Assembly: GCA_964421755.1 (NCBI GenBank)
Contig: CAYQYP010000061.1
Location: forward strand, 24,143-88,142
DNA: 64,000 bases
DNA from: an uncultured Acidobacteriota bacterium
GTDB taxonomy: Bacteria; Acidobacteriota; UBA6911; RPQK01
Direction of reading: 5' to 3'
Notes under the pieces: model-generated
Database searches by the model: none
What the model saw: the letters and a program-made list of their open reading frames with translations, nothing else
What the model was told of the DNA's origin: nothing
Program-made: the position numbers and the translations under genes
Part shown: positions 19,715 through 29,357 of the stretch, in pieces
Layout of the letters: every line of letters begins with the position of its first letter
How positions within the stretch are numbered: the first letter of the stretch is position 1

Positions 19715-20956
19715 ATGACTGACATCGTGGTGTTGAAGTTTGGCGGGAGTTCCGTCGCGAACCTGGAACGTCTGCGGGAGGTTGCGAAGATTGTCATCCG
19801 AAAGCGCGACGCCGGCCATCGGGTCGTTGTTGTGGTTTCAGCTCGTGCCAAGATGACCGATTCCCTGATCGCAGACGCCAAGTTTTTCGGCGCCGCACCG
19901 GCTCCACGCGAAATGGACATGCTGTTGACCTCGGGCGAGCGGATCAGCGCTGCGTTGCTCGCCATCGCCCTTCATTCAGCCGGTGCCGAGGCGGTCTCCC
20001 TGACCGGCTCACAGGCGGGACTCATCACGGATGACGACCACACGAACGCACGCATAATCGAAATTCGCCCCGCCCGGGTATTGCAGGCGCTCGACAAGGG
20101 AAGAATCGTCGTCGTAAGCGGATTCCAGGGCGTCAGCTTCCGAAAGGAAATCACAACGTTGGGGCGGGGCGGCTCCGACATAACCGCCGTGGCGCTCGCT
20201 GCGGCACTCGAGGCCGGGGCCTGTGAGATTTATTCGGATGTCGACGGCGTCTTCGCGGCTGATCCCGCCGTCGTGAAAGACCCTGCCAGGATCCCGGAGC
20301 TGTCCTACCAGGAAATGCAGGAAATGGCCGAATCGGGCGCCAAGGTGCTGAATCCCCGCTCGGTCGAGTTCGCCAAGCTGAAACGAACGATCGTCCACGC
20401 CAAGTCGACTTTTGTCCCGGACGGCGAGGGGACAATCATCAGGGACCTGGAAGGCCGGATAAAACCCCGGGTTGTCGGGATCGCGTCCGAGGACAAAGTC
20501 CTTGTCGTGGATTGCTGGGAGACCGGGCAGCCCGGAATCGCCGCAGCCGTGACGGACTTTCTGTCTTCGGCGAACCTGAAGGTCAAGCAAATGGCGTTTC
20601 ATCGGACCCCTGACCGAGGTATGTCGGGGAACTTCATCATCCCGGAGAAAGAGAATTACCAGGTTGAGTCGGTCATACCCGAACTGGAACGGCAGTTTCA
20701 CGGACGGATCACGGTGGCCCGACATCTGGGGGCCGTCTCGCTGATCGGCGCCGGTATCAATGATCGATATGACTTCCTGCGGGACTCCCTGGATCTTCTG
20801 GGGCGAAACTCGATTGAAGCGTTCTCGTTTCACACCAGTTCCTTCCGGATCAGCTTCGTCATCAGGCGGGAGGAGCTCAACCGGGCGGTCTCGTTGCTCT
20901 ACGAGCGGTTCCTGCGCGAGGATTCGGGCCCTTCGGGACCGGTTTCCGCGACTTAA
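19715..20956 (+). CDS. lysC: Monofunctional aspartate kinase.
   Basis: [15 protein letters not shown]-terminus and ACT-domain C-terminus. The true start is taken at the ATG at 19715 (the six-frame ORF extends further upstream, overlapping the rhomboid gene). Confidence 0.85.
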   Translation: MTDIVVLKFGGSSVANLERLREVAKIVIRKRDAGHRVVVVVSARAKMTDSLIADAKFFGAAPAPREMDMLLTSGERISAALLAIALHSAGAEAVSLTGSQAGLITDDDHTNARIIEIRPARVLQALDKGRIVVVSGFQGVSFRKEITTLGRGGSDITAVALAAALEAGACEIYSDVDGVFAADPAVVKDPARIPELSYQEMQEMAESGAKVLNPRSVEFAKLKRTIVHAKSTFVPDGEGTIIRDLEGRIKPRVVGIASEDKVLVVDCWETGQPGIAAAVTDFLSSANLKVKQMAFHRTPDRGMSGNFIIPEKENYQVESVIPELERQFHGRITVARHLGAVSLIGAGINDRYDFLRDSLDLLGRNSIEAFSFHTSSFRISFVIRREELNRAVSLLYERFLREDSGPSGPVSAT

Positions 20957-21090
20957 GGCTCGTTCTGCCATTCTCCCAGTTGTGGTTGTCTTGGCGCCTC
21001 GACGTTCGTGCAGTTTCTCTCGTTCTTGTCGAAATTTCTTTACATTCTGCTTCTCTCTGGCTAAATCTATATAGTTAGGGATGGAATACT

Positions 21091-21657
21091 ATGTCTGCCA
21101 ACGCGATTAACGAGCACGTTCGTCAGCGACTCAGGGAATTGCGTATTTCCAAGAGAATCGGCTTTCGTGAGATGTCAGAAGGCACCGGGATTCCTTCCAG
21201 CTCCTACTGTTGCATGGAATCGGGCTATTACAAGATCAATCTGGATAGCCTGCACCGGATACTCGGTGTCCTGGGAGCCAGCATCCAGGATGTGTGGCCG
21301 ACTGATTTGCCCGCCACCGAGGTCGACACGAGCCCGGTTCACCTCAGACGGATTCAGGATTTCAGGCTCAGCGAGCTGATCTCTCTCAGCCAAGCCGAAG
21401 GGGCGGCACTCTTCGCAATCGCGGGAGGTAAGTCGAAGGTCCTGATGTATCAGAACCTCAGTGATTTCCTGCTCGATCGACTCTGCCTCTATCTGGAAGA
21501 CGGTCGTTCACACGAACACGGGCTGACGCTGGCCAGGAAACGTGGCAAAACAAACTACGTTTTGTTTCTGAAAACCGAGCTCTGTCCGAGCTATGTCGGC
21601 AAGCTCGCAGAAAAATACCTGGTCATCTGGTCAAACCTGTTCGGCGACGTTCTCTGA
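21091..21657 (+). CDS. XRE-family helix-turn-helix transcriptional regulator with an uncharacterised C-terminal domain.
   Basis: N-terminal HTH (LRELRISKRIGFREMSEGTGIPSSSYCCMESG). The upstream promoter region is AT-rich, and the gene sits in a low-GC islet. Confidence 0.65.
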   Translation: MSANAINEHVRQRLRELRISKRIGFREMSEGTGIPSSSYCCMESGYYKINLDSLHRILGVLGASIQDVWPTDLPATEVDTSPVHLRRIQDFRLSELISLSQAEGAALFAIAGGKSKVLMYQNLSDFLLDRLCLYLEDGRSHEHGLTLARKRGKTNYVLFLKTELCPSYVGKLAEKYLVIWSNLFGDVL

Positions 21658-22071
21658 TCAATCCTGTGCCGACCGCAGCAGGGCCAACTCCAAACCGGAG
21701 AGGAACTGCAGGTCTCTCTTCCCGCACAGAAGTCTCGCCTTGGCGCGCAGCAGGTGGTAGCTGGTAAAGAACAGCGCCAAGAGCGGCAGGGCCGTCGGTC
21801 TCCTGAATCGGCCAAGCCTGCGCAGCGTCTGAATGTCCTCCATCAGTGCGCCTGAGTATTCCAGGAAAATGTCTTGCCTGGATGTTCGGTTCTGAAGAAT
21901 CAGTCGAACATCCGGGGCCTCCAACAGACGGAGGATATGAGCGGCGTTGAGCTCCATTTGCTCGATCCGGCGAATCTCCCTGGCATCCCAGCGCACTCCG
22001 GCGACCTGCTCGTAGGCAAGGTACACCATCAGCACGCAGAACGCGGCCACAAACGCGTAATAGTAGATCAT
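21658..22071 (-). CDS. Hypothetical protein with one N-terminal TM helix (137 aa).
   Basis: Its start overlaps the stop of the upstream 7-TM gene by 4 bp (ATGA), suggesting translational coupling. Its stop abuts the XRE stop (TGATCA). Low GC. Confidence 0.55.
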   Translation of the reverse strand: MIYYYAFVAAFCVLMVYLAYEQVAGVRWDAREIRRIEQMELNAAHILRLLEAPDVRLILQNRTSRQDIFLEYSGALMEDIQTLRRLGRFRRPTALPLLALFFTSYHLLRAKARLLCGKRDLQFLSGLELALLRSAQD

Positions 22072-22802
22072 CGTGACATAAGGCCCCTCACAGCCTTCTC
22101 AACCTCTTTGCTGACATGATCGAGGCGATCGGCAATGTCGGGACGCACGATTTTGACGGGATCGTAGTTCCAGAGGGTGTAACCAAACACGGCCAGGGCC
22201 ACGAAGTACACGAACTGCAACGAGAAAGAGAAAATCATGAAGGAGGTCTCTTTGAAGAAGTAGTTCGCGAAGTTCATGCCCTGCAGTCCCACAAGCAGGC
22301 AAATGCCCACCAGGATTCCGCGTAGATTACGGCCCGGGTCCACATCCTTTTGTCCCACAATTCGCCTCAAGACGATCACACAGGCGAGCATCTGCACAAA
22401 CAGCATGACCGCGTGATAGCGTTCGAAAATGCTCACATTCGGAAGCGAGAACACCTTCCACGCCACCGGTAAAGCGATCGTCAGGACAAGGATGACGGAC
22501 TCGATAATTCGCCGTAAAGCTAATTTGGTATTTCCAAAAACTCGGTACAGAATCTCGGTGAGAATGGCCACCTGAAAAAGAGGCGCCAAGAGGTTCGGAA
22601 TGTGATAAACAAAGTAGTATTCGCGTGATCGCCAGCCGTAAAGAATCTGAGAAACGTCAACGGAAAGTGCGGCGAGCAGCACATAGCACATGTACAGGTA
22701 AAACAGCAGATAGCGGGGAAATGTGCCGGAGTAAAGGCCTCGCACGATGACTAGCAAGAGCAACGCTTGTCCGATTGCGGGGAAGACCACGGGACCCGAC
22801 AC
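22068..22802 (-). CDS. Hypothetical polytopic membrane protein (244 aa, about 6-7 TM helices).
   Basis: Hydrophobic helices throughout, about 50% GC against about 62% in the surrounding genome, no recognised family. It is first in a two-gene operon. Confidence 0.55.
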   Translation of the reverse strand: MSGPVVFPAIGQALLLLVIVRGLYSGTFPRYLLFYLYMCYVLLAALSVDVSQILYGWRSREYYFVYHIPNLLAPLFQVAILTEILYRVFGNTKLALRRIIESVILVLTIALPVAWKVFSLPNVSIFERYHAVMLFVQMLACVIVLRRIVGQKDVDPGRNLRGILVGICLLVGLQGMNFANYFFKETSFMIFSFSLQFVYFVALAVFGYTLWNYDPVKIVRPDIADRLDHVSKEVEKAVRGLMSR

Positions 22803-22855
22803 ACGGAGAGACTAATACTATTTTACTCCAGACATCAACAGGTATCGGTTTTCAA

Positions 22856-22914
22856 GGTTTTTTGGAATTACCAAATAACTTTGTTGAAAGTCGTTTGGTA
22901 ATTCCGAAAAAAGA
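22856..22914. promoter_or_regulatory. Perfect 12-bp inverted repeat (GGAATTACCAAA N19 TTTGGTAATTCC) flanked by T6/A6 runs, in the divergent promoter region of the membrane-protein operon and the small-peptide gene. Candidate operator.
   Basis: Read directly: ttttttGGAATTACCAAAtaactttgttgaaagtcgTTTGGTAATTCCgaaaaaa. A degenerate copy (aaTTTGGTATTTCCAAAAA) lies inside the 244-aa membrane-protein gene at about 22520. Confidence 0.5.
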
Positions 22915-22962
22915 TGAACGCGATGCCCGTTAGACCGACAATCATTCGTGAAGGAGGAGCGG

Positions 22963-23148
22963 ATGATTTATCTAATTGTTTCCTTGTGGATGATGTTCGG
23001 AGGATACTCCGACACCGATTCGCGCTACCAGGAGTTTCAACAGCGCCCACGGCCGGAGTTGAAAGTCCCGAGCGGGCCCCCGCCGCAATTCCACTGCTGC
23101 GGCCCAGTTGCGCCGCCACCACCGCCGCCGCCGCCGGCCGAACGGTAG
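22963..23148 (+). CDS. Small membrane peptide (61 aa) with an N-terminal TM helix and a Cys-Cys plus poly-proline C-terminus (…QFHCCGPVAPPPPPPPPAER).
   Basis: Very strong SD (GAAGGAGGAgcggATG) in a low-GC context. The poly-Pro tail is unusual. Confidence 0.45.
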   Translation: MIYLIVSLWMMFGGYSDTDSRYQEFQQRPRPELKVPSGPPPQFHCCGPVAPPPPPPPPAER

Positions 23149-23194
23149 AATCGGCACTGAACTGCGCTGCCAGAAGTTGCCTGCTGGCAAACGG

Positions 23195-23536
23195 CTAGAT
23201 GATTTTCTGCAACAGCGACGAATACTGAGCCGCTTGTTGAGGCAGGGGTATGGTTCGAGTCGGCAGGAGCGTTTCCAGGAGGACGGTGATCCATTCACGA
23301 GTCGTTTCGATTCGGCTGAATCCCAACAGCAGTTTCGGGCCGTGGTTGATCAGTTCGTAATCCAGGATGCTTCCGAAGATCGGCTCACTCTCGCCCTTCA
23401 GAACGACGGCGAAATCAATCCGTTTGGAGCCGGAGTCAATCTGAAAGCTCAGCAGTTGACCATACGCAGCCATCTGTGATCGGATTGCCCGCTCGGCGCC
23501 CCATGAGAGCGCCTGATCCTTCAGTTTTCGAAACAT
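23195..23536 (-). CDS. Hypothetical protein (113 aa).
   Basis: Open frame with globular-protein-like composition. No family recognised. A hairpin (CTGCCAGaagtTGCCTGCTGGCA) lies downstream. Confidence 0.4.
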   Translation of the reverse strand: MFRKLKDQALSWGAERAIRSQMAAYGQLLSFQIDSGSKRIDFAVVLKGESEPIFGSILDYELINHGPKLLLGFSRIETTREWITVLLETLLPTRTIPLPQQAAQYSSLLQKII

Positions 23537-23567
23537 CTGTGAAAAGTCGCGTGATTAGACAGCAGAG

Positions 23568-24572
23568 CTAGCCCGCCTGACCGGCTGCCGGCACGAAATA
23601 ACCGTGTCTGGATCGCACCCGAAGCTCGGGTCGTTGAGGTACAGTGACACGGATTTTCCGATAGCCGCCGGCGGACGTCCGCTCCGAGGAATAATACCCC
23701 AGAAGGTACTGAGCCTGCAGGTCCGTACCTATCTGATCGAAAATCCCCTGGAAATCGGCTGCTTCTTTGGGCACAAATGCGGCTCCGCCTGTCTGATTGG
23801 CGAGAAACGCCATCGATTCCTGCCCCTTGCGACTGACCAGATTGAGTCGAAGCGAAGGGGAGGCGGGGTTGATGGAATAGAAGAGGCAATCCGCCTGTTG
23901 AAGCTCCCGCAGCGTGGTGTCCGCGTTTTCCTTCAGGCTGAAATTATCTTCACCATCCGAAATGACGATCTGGACACGACGGGAAAACGGCAAGGCGGTC
24001 TTGTCGAGGTATCGTGCAGCGGCGGACACAGAATCGAAGAAAGCCGTGCTCTGCCGCGTGGGGCGAATCCCGAGCAATCCCCGGACCGCATTTGCGGCGA
24101 TGGCGGTGCGTGGGACCAGAAGCTCGGGTTCCGGCCCGATCGAAAAAATCGTGACGGGACGCTGCCCGGCGACGATCCCCTTCAAGAAGGCGGCCCCTGC
24201 CTGCTGTTCGAACTTGAATCGCGGAGACACGCTACCGGAAATATCGATGAGGAGAGCCAGCTCTACCGGGGACTGACCGGCGAGCTCGAGATTTGTGATT
24301 TGCTGTCTTTTCCCCTCTTCGAGGATCTGGAAATCCTCCTGCCGGAGGTCCGAGACCGGTCGGCGTTCTGCGTCGGTCACAGAGACGGGAACCAGAATGA
24401 GGTCGGTTGAGACGCGGATGGTGCGGTCAGACGACGGGACTTCGTTGTCCGTCGACGCTACCTGCTGTGCAGCACCTGCCGGCGACTGGACCGCAAAGGC
24501 CCAGACGAGCAAGAGAACGAATAGCGGCACCGCAACGATGGCTCGCAGAACGATGCTCTTCGGTAATCTCAT
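23568..24572 (-). CDS. Secreted von Willebrand factor A (VWA) domain protein of the acidobacterial VWFA-related family.
   Basis: Signal peptide, a MIDAS-like DxSxS motif (LLIDISGSVS), DGEDN in the VWA fold, and a C-terminal …KIRVTV…GYF tail shared with the second paralog at 54922-55866. Confidence 0.7.
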   Translation of the reverse strand: MRLPKSIVLRAIVAVPLFVLLLVWAFAVQSPAGAAQQVASTDNEVPSSDRTIRVSTDLILVPVSVTDAERRPVSDLRQEDFQILEEGKRQQITNLELAGQSPVELALLIDISGSVSPRFKFEQQAGAAFLKGIVAGQRPVTIFSIGPEPELLVPRTAIAANAVRGLLGIRPTRQSTAFFDSVSAAARYLDKTALPFSRRVQIVISDGEDNFSLKENADTTLRELQQADCLFYSINPASPSLRLNLVSRKGQESMAFLANQTGGAAFVPKEAADFQGIFDQIGTDLQAQYLLGYYSSERTSAGGYRKIRVTVPQRPELRVRSRHGYFVPAAGQAG

Positions 24573-24708
24573 TTCCGCCCCGGTGTAGCTTAACGATTCG
24601 TTCGACGTCTGTCATGGATGCTCGGTTCAAAGCATGGTACCCGGACCGAACACAAAAAGGGCGGTCCAGAATGAACCGCCCTGACGGTTGAGTAACAACG
24701 GCTGAGCC

Positions 24709-26097
24709 CTACTCGGTTCGGCTGTTGTTGGTTTTTCCGGTATTACCGGTCGTCCCGGTATTGCCGGTGGTGCTGTCGGTTCCGGTCGTACCCGTATTCG
24801 AGTTCTCCATGCTCCCGGTCCCGGTGGTGCCTTCATTGCTCATCGTGCCGCTGGTACCCATCTGGTTTCCGGTCGTCGCCTCGGCCGACTGGCCCATGAT
24901 ACCCCGGTTGACCATGATTCGGACTTCGACACGGCGATTCTGCTTCCGTCCGTCGCGTGTGCCGTTGTCGGCAACCGGCTGCAGTTCTCCGTAGCCGAAT
25001 GGGACCACGATTCTGCGGAGCGGAACGTTGTGTTTCTCGGCGAGGTAACGGACCACTGCGTCGGCCCTGCGCTGGCTGAGCCGGCGGTTGTAGTCTTCTG
25101 AGCCCTCTGCCGATGCGAAACCGGTTACCTCGATGATGTAGCCCTTTTCATTGTTGATGTGCTGGGCTATCTCGTCCAGGTTCTCCTGAGCTTCGGGGGA
25201 CAGCTTGGCGCTGGCCACTTTGAAGTTCACCGTGACACTCTGGCGGACATCGTAATTGTCCAGCGAAACGATCCGCTCGTTCGCTGCATTGACCCCGGTC
25301 ACGGCCTCGTCGGCGCGGTTTTGTGCAGCACCGGCCGCGCTGACGGCCCGGTCGGCTGTCTCCTGGGCGGCCACTGCGCCCCCTCGGGCGGCGTTCGACA
25401 CGCGGCCCAGTTCGTCCAACTGTCCGGACATCCGCTGGGCGTTCTCACGTGCTTCGGCAAGGTCTTTTTCGACTGGAGTGACCCGGGTCTCGATCGAGTA
25501 GGCCGTCTCGAAGTCATCATTCTTGAACTTGATCTTCTCGGCCACGAGATTGCCGGAGCTGTCGCCCTGGCCTTCCACTTCCACCCTCAATCCCGGAAGC
25601 AGGTTCTCGGCCGAATAGCGCTTGGCTCCCCGGAAGGGATTGGACTTTTTCTCTTTGATCTCGGTCGAGGAGTTAACCATGACGTTAACTCTCTGGCCGT
25701 CGTTCGTGACAACGGTGACCTGGTCTCCCTGGCGACCCGCCACGAATCCCTTGATTTCGGTTTCCTCGCCCGCGGCAATGGCGCTCAGCTGAGATCCTGC
25801 TGTCGACTGGGAAGACGTGGCGCCTGCCTGTGAGTCGCCAGACTGATCGCCTGTGTTCTGATCGGGCACGGGCTGCCCATCAGTGGCGGTGGTTGAATCA
25901 GTTCCGGTCGAGTCGGATGGCTGACTGTCCTGGCTACTAGGATCCTGCTGGTCGGGAGTCGTCTGTTCCATCGTCTGCCGATCTTCGTTTTGCGAGGAGT
26001 TGGCCGACGGGTCCTGAGCGAAAGCTGGTGCCGCGATCAGAGCCGCGAGGACAACAGCCACCATCCATCGTGACATTGTGTGTACTAAACTTTTCAT
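24709..26097 (-). CDS. OmpA-family protein (C-terminal OmpA/MotB peptidoglycan-binding domain) with extended low-complexity S/T/G/N-rich tails.
   Basis: Signal peptide MSRWMVAVVLAALIAAPAFA. OmpA_C motifs (TGFASAEGSEDYNRRLSQRRADAVVRYL…NRRVEV). Start taken at the ATG at 26097. Confidence 0.75.
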   Translation of the reverse strand: MKSLVHTMSRWMVAVVLAALIAAPAFAQDPSANSSQNEDRQTMEQTTPDQQDPSSQDSQPSDSTGTDSTTATDGQPVPDQNTGDQSGDSQAGATSSQSTAGSQLSAIAAGEETEIKGFVAGRQGDQVTVVTNDGQRVNVMVNSSTEIKEKKSNPFRGAKRYSAENLLPGLRVEVEGQGDSSGNLVAEKIKFKNDDFETAYSIETRVTPVEKDLAEARENAQRMSGQLDELGRVSNAARGGAVAAQETADRAVSAAGAAQNRADEAVTGVNAANERIVSLDNYDVRQSVTVNFKVASAKLSPEAQENLDEIAQHINNEKGYIIEVTGFASAEGSEDYNRRLSQRRADAVVRYLAEKHNVPLRRIVVPFGYGELQPVADNGTRDGRKQNRRVEVRIMVNRGIMGQSAEATTGNQMGTSGTMSNEGTTGTGSMENSNTGTTGTDSTTGNTGTTGNTGKTNNSRTE

Positions 26098-26200
26098 TGA
26101 ACCCTCCTGCTTATCCCTATCCTGTTGCTCAATTACAGAAAACATGGCAGCCAAACCGGACACTGCCTCGTGTCCGTTTGTGCCTAGCTGCCAGTCGAAT

Positions 26201-26216
26201 AGCAATCGCGGTGCCA
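26201..26216 (-). promoter_or_regulatory. Sigma-54 (-24/-12) promoter TGGCACcgcgaTTGCT oriented toward the OmpA-family gene.
   Basis: The reverse complement of 26201-26216 gives aTGGCACcgcgaTTGCT with the correct GG-N10-GC spacing. It lies about 100 nt upstream of the ATG and is adjacent to an NtrC-type activator gene. Confidence 0.6.
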
Positions 26217-26438
26217 TATCGAGCGAGTAGGGTTCGGAGGCTGTCGCGCTAGGGACGACCGCCATAGAGTCTGTAGGACTGAACGTAAAACGGCTGAAGG
26301 TTTCGGGGAAATTTTCCCCGCCACTTCTTCTATAAAGGAAGCCTAGCCGGTATAATATCCCCATCAGTATTAGAGTCCGCGCAAAAGAAGTTCACAGAGG
26401 AATAGTCCGAGAATTCCCGCACATTCAGGAGAAAACGC

Positions 26439-27797
26439 TTGTTGGGTGAAACGAAGATTCTGGTTGTGGACGACGAGATGGCTTTGCGCGAAGTCTTAGG
26501 CATGCGGCTCGAGGAATGGGGATTTGATGTTCGCCTGGCGGCCGACGGAATCCAGGCCAAACAGCTCGTCGAATCATACGGGCCGGACATCGTCATTTCG
26601 GACGCGGTCATGCCCGAGCTCTCCGGGATGGAGCTGCTACGAAACTTGAAGGAGGGTGACGTCCATCGCCCCGTCATCTTGATTACCGCGCACGGCAGCG
26701 TCGACATGGCCGTGGAAGCGATGAAGCAGGGGGCACGTGATTTCATCACGAAGCCTCTAGATTATTCCAAGTTGCGGGCCGTACTCGGTGCCGCAGAGAA
26801 GGACTTGCATTCGCGACAGGTGTCCCGTCGGCTGGTTTCGCAGCTGGAGAAGGGACCCGGTTTCATGGGGTTTATTGGCACCAGCAAACAGATGCGTGAG
26901 GTCTACGACCTGATCAAAGCTGTGGCCAATAGCGATGCTTTCGTCCTGATCACGGGGGAAAGCGGCACAGGCAAGGAATTGGTCGCGCGGACGATTCACG
27001 AGTTAAGCGGTCGAGTCAACGGCCCCTTCGTCGCTATCAACGCCGCCGCGATCCCGCACGAACTGATGGAAAGCGAGATCTTCGGGCACGAAAAGGGCGC
27101 GTTTACCGGCGCCGTTGGAGTCCGCGCGGGCTGTTTTGAGCTCGCGAACGAGGGAACGCTCCTCCTGGACGAAATTGCGGAAATGCCGCTGGCGCTCCAG
27201 CCTAAACTGCTGCGCGTGTTGGAGGACGGGCGGGTCCGGCGAATCGGCGGACGCCAGGAGTTCGAGTTCAACGTGCGGGTCATCTCGGCGACCAACCGCG
27301 ACCCGGGCAACGCGACCAAAGAAGGAGCACTGCGGACCGACCTCTATTATCGTCTTAACGTTTTCACCGTCAGGATGCCGCCTCTTCGGGACCGCAAGGC
27401 TGATATCCCGTTATTAGCGCAATACTTCGTGACTGAATTTAACCGCAAGCACAATGCCGAGGTCGAGGGGTTGCGCGAAGAGACGCTCGACCTGCTCGCA
27501 AACTACTCCTGGCCGGGCAACGTGCGAGAGTTGAAAAACGTCATTGAGCGGGCAATCATCCTCGCGAGGAGTTCGTGGATCGAGCCCTCGCATCTCCCGC
27601 CGTACATTCAAACGCCGATTGACGACAGCTCGGGCAAGATCGTGCTTCCGCTTAATGTCACGGCGGCCGAGGCCGAGAAAGAGTTGATCCTGAGGACCCT
27701 TGAGCGAACCGGGAACAATAAAGCTGAAGCGGCCCGCCAGCTCGAGGTTGATGTGAAGACCATACGAAACAAACTGAAGTCGTACGGTCTCGAATAA
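26439..27797 (+). CDS. Sigma-54-dependent response regulator (NtrC family: REC + AAA+ sigma-54 activator + HTH).
   Basis: REC domain (VVDDE…D…). Walker A GESGTGKE, GAFTGA sigma-54 contact motif and ESELFGHEKGAF. C-terminal Fis-type HTH. TTG start after AGGAG. Confidence 0.85.
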   Translation: MLGETKILVVDDEMALREVLGMRLEEWGFDVRLAADGIQAKQLVESYGPDIVISDAVMPELSGMELLRNLKEGDVHRPVILITAHGSVDMAVEAMKQGARDFITKPLDYSKLRAVLGAAEKDLHSRQVSRRLVSQLEKGPGFMGFIGTSKQMREVYDLIKAVANSDAFVLITGESGTGKELVARTIHELSGRVNGPFVAINAAAIPHELMESEIFGHEKGAFTGAVGVRAGCFELANEGTLLLDEIAEMPLALQPKLLRVLEDGRVRRIGGRQEFEFNVRVISATNRDPGNATKEGALRTDLYYRLNVFTVRMPPLRDRKADIPLLAQYFVTEFNRKHNAEVEGLREETLDLLANYSWPGNVRELKNVIERAIILARSSWIEPSHLPPYIQTPIDDSSGKIVLPLNVTAAEAEKELILRTLERTGNNKAEAARQLEVDVKTIRNKLKSYGLE

Positions 27798-27806
27798 CTC
27801 AGAACC

Positions 27807-29357
27807 ATGAAGATTTCCACCAAGATTATTCTCGGTTACGCGCTTCTGATTCTCCTGCTGGTGACATCCCTGGTCTACGAGTTGTCCCTCATCCGTCGGA
27901 TGCAGGCGGTTAACCGCAATCTGTCAAACATCAAGACCCGGGCGACGCAATATACCCTTTCCAGCAAAGACATCGAGCAGTTGGGCAAGCACGTCCGCCG
28001 ATTCTATGTCACCCGTGACCCGGAGTACTTGGATCAATCGCAGGGTCAACTGAGTCGACCGCTGAGTGAGGACCTGCAGAAGATGCGGGCCAGCGATCCG
28101 GAGGAACAACGCCAGCTCGACAAGCTCAGGCTGCTCTGGGCACGCTTTTCAAACGGAATCTCAGACGGAGAGGCCCTCCTCCAGATGAGTCCCGAACAGT
28201 TTGACTCCTGGATCGCACTCGAGCTCCAGGAACTGGAAAGCCAGATCGATCTGACGCTTGCGGCAAACCAGAAAGCGATTGAGGCGGAAGTGGCCCAGTC
28301 GGCGCGGGCTGGGCAGAGGGCGGAGTGGGTTTCGCAGATCGCCGCGATCATCGCTCTCGGTCTCAGTTGCCTCGTATCTTTCGTGGTTGTCCGTTCGATT
28401 TCCAGATCACTACAGCAGCTGACGCACGGTGCCCGGGCGGTCGCGGAAGGGCGGTTTTCGTATCGAATCGATGACTCGGGCGACGAACAGTTCTCAAAGG
28501 TGGCCCGCGATTTCAACTTGATGGCCACGCGGCTCGACCAGCGAGATCAGCTGACCCGGGAGTATGTGTCACACGTGTCCCACGAGCTGAAGGCGCCGCT
28601 TGCAGCCATCCAGGAAACATCGAAACTCGTGCGGGAAGGAATCGCCGGTCCGGTCACGGAAAAACAAAAACACCTGCTTGGACTAAGCATTGAGTGCGGC
28701 GATCGGCTATCCAAGACGATTCGCAGTCTGCTGGATCTATCGCGTATGGAAGCGGACGCTTTGGACTACGAGTTGGAGAAGCAGGACGTGCGGGACCTGG
28801 TTAAAGCCGCGGTGGCGGAGTTCGAAGTGCACTTTTCGCAGAGCAACCGGCCCCTGAAAGTTCAGCTGCCCGACAGCGAGCTCTCGGCCAACTGCGACCG
28901 CGATCGCGTGATACAGGTTCTGACTAACCTGGTCGACAATGCGCTGAAGTTTTCCCCGGCTATGTCGCCGCTGGAGGTTCGCGCAGAGCGAGTGAAGGCC
29001 AAGCCCGAAGGTCTTCCGTCGGCTTGGGCAGAGCGGGTGCGGGAGGGAGCGGGGGGCTATATTCTGATCACGGTGGCCGATTCCGGCCGTGGTGTCCCCG
29101 ACGAGCACAAGGAACAGATTTTTGAGAAGTTTCACCAAGTTAAGTTCGGTAAGAAGGTGGCCGGCCAGGGAGTCGGGCTTGGACTGGTGATCTGCCGCAA
29201 CATCGTGCAGGCTCACGGCGGCGCAATCTGGGTAGAGGACAACAGAGAGGGCGGAAGTATCTTCTCCGTGCTGCTTCCTTCAGCGGCCGAACAGCCGGTG
29301 ACCGGAGATAGTCCTACCGGCGCTCATAGGGCACTTCAAGGGGTTCAGCCAGCCTGA
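27807..29357 (+). CDS. Sensor histidine kinase (TM-HAMP-HisKA-HATPase_c).
   Basis: N-terminal TM. H-box SHELKAPL. G-box motifs GRGVP…GQGVGLGL. Confidence 0.85.
   Translation: MKISTKIILGYALLILLLVTSLVYELSLIRRMQAVNRNLSNIKTRATQYTLSSKDIEQLGKHVRRFYVTRDPEYLDQSQGQLSRPLSEDLQKMRASDPEEQRQLDKLRLLWARFSNGISDGEALLQMSPEQFDSWIALELQELESQIDLTLAANQKAIEAEVAQSARAGQRAEWVSQIAAIIALGLSCLVSFVVVRSISRSLQQLTHGARAVAEGRFSYRIDDSGDEQFSKVARDFNLMATRLDQRDQLTREYVSHVSHELKAPLAAIQETSKLVREGIAGPVTEKQKHLLGLSIECGDRLSKTIRSLLDLSRMEADALDYELEKQDVRDLVKAAVAEFEVHFSQSNRPLKVQLPDSELSANCDRDRVIQVLTNLVDNALKFSPAMSPLEVRAERVKAKPEGLPSAWAERVREGAGGYILITVADSGRGVPDEHKEQIFEKFHQVKFGKKVAGQGVGLGLVICRNIVQAHGGAIWVEDNREGGSIFSVLLPSAAEQPVTGDSPTGAHRALQGVQPA

Noticed and set aside
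20009-20971. 320-aa minus-strand ORF antisense to lysC.
   Set aside because: Shadow ORF.
22068-22802. CPBP (CAAX protease / bacteriocin-processing) family assignment for the 244-aa membrane protein.
   Set aside because: It contains ExxxR-like (EILYR) and FxxxH-like (FERYH) strings but in the wrong order, and it lacks the third HxxxN/D motif.
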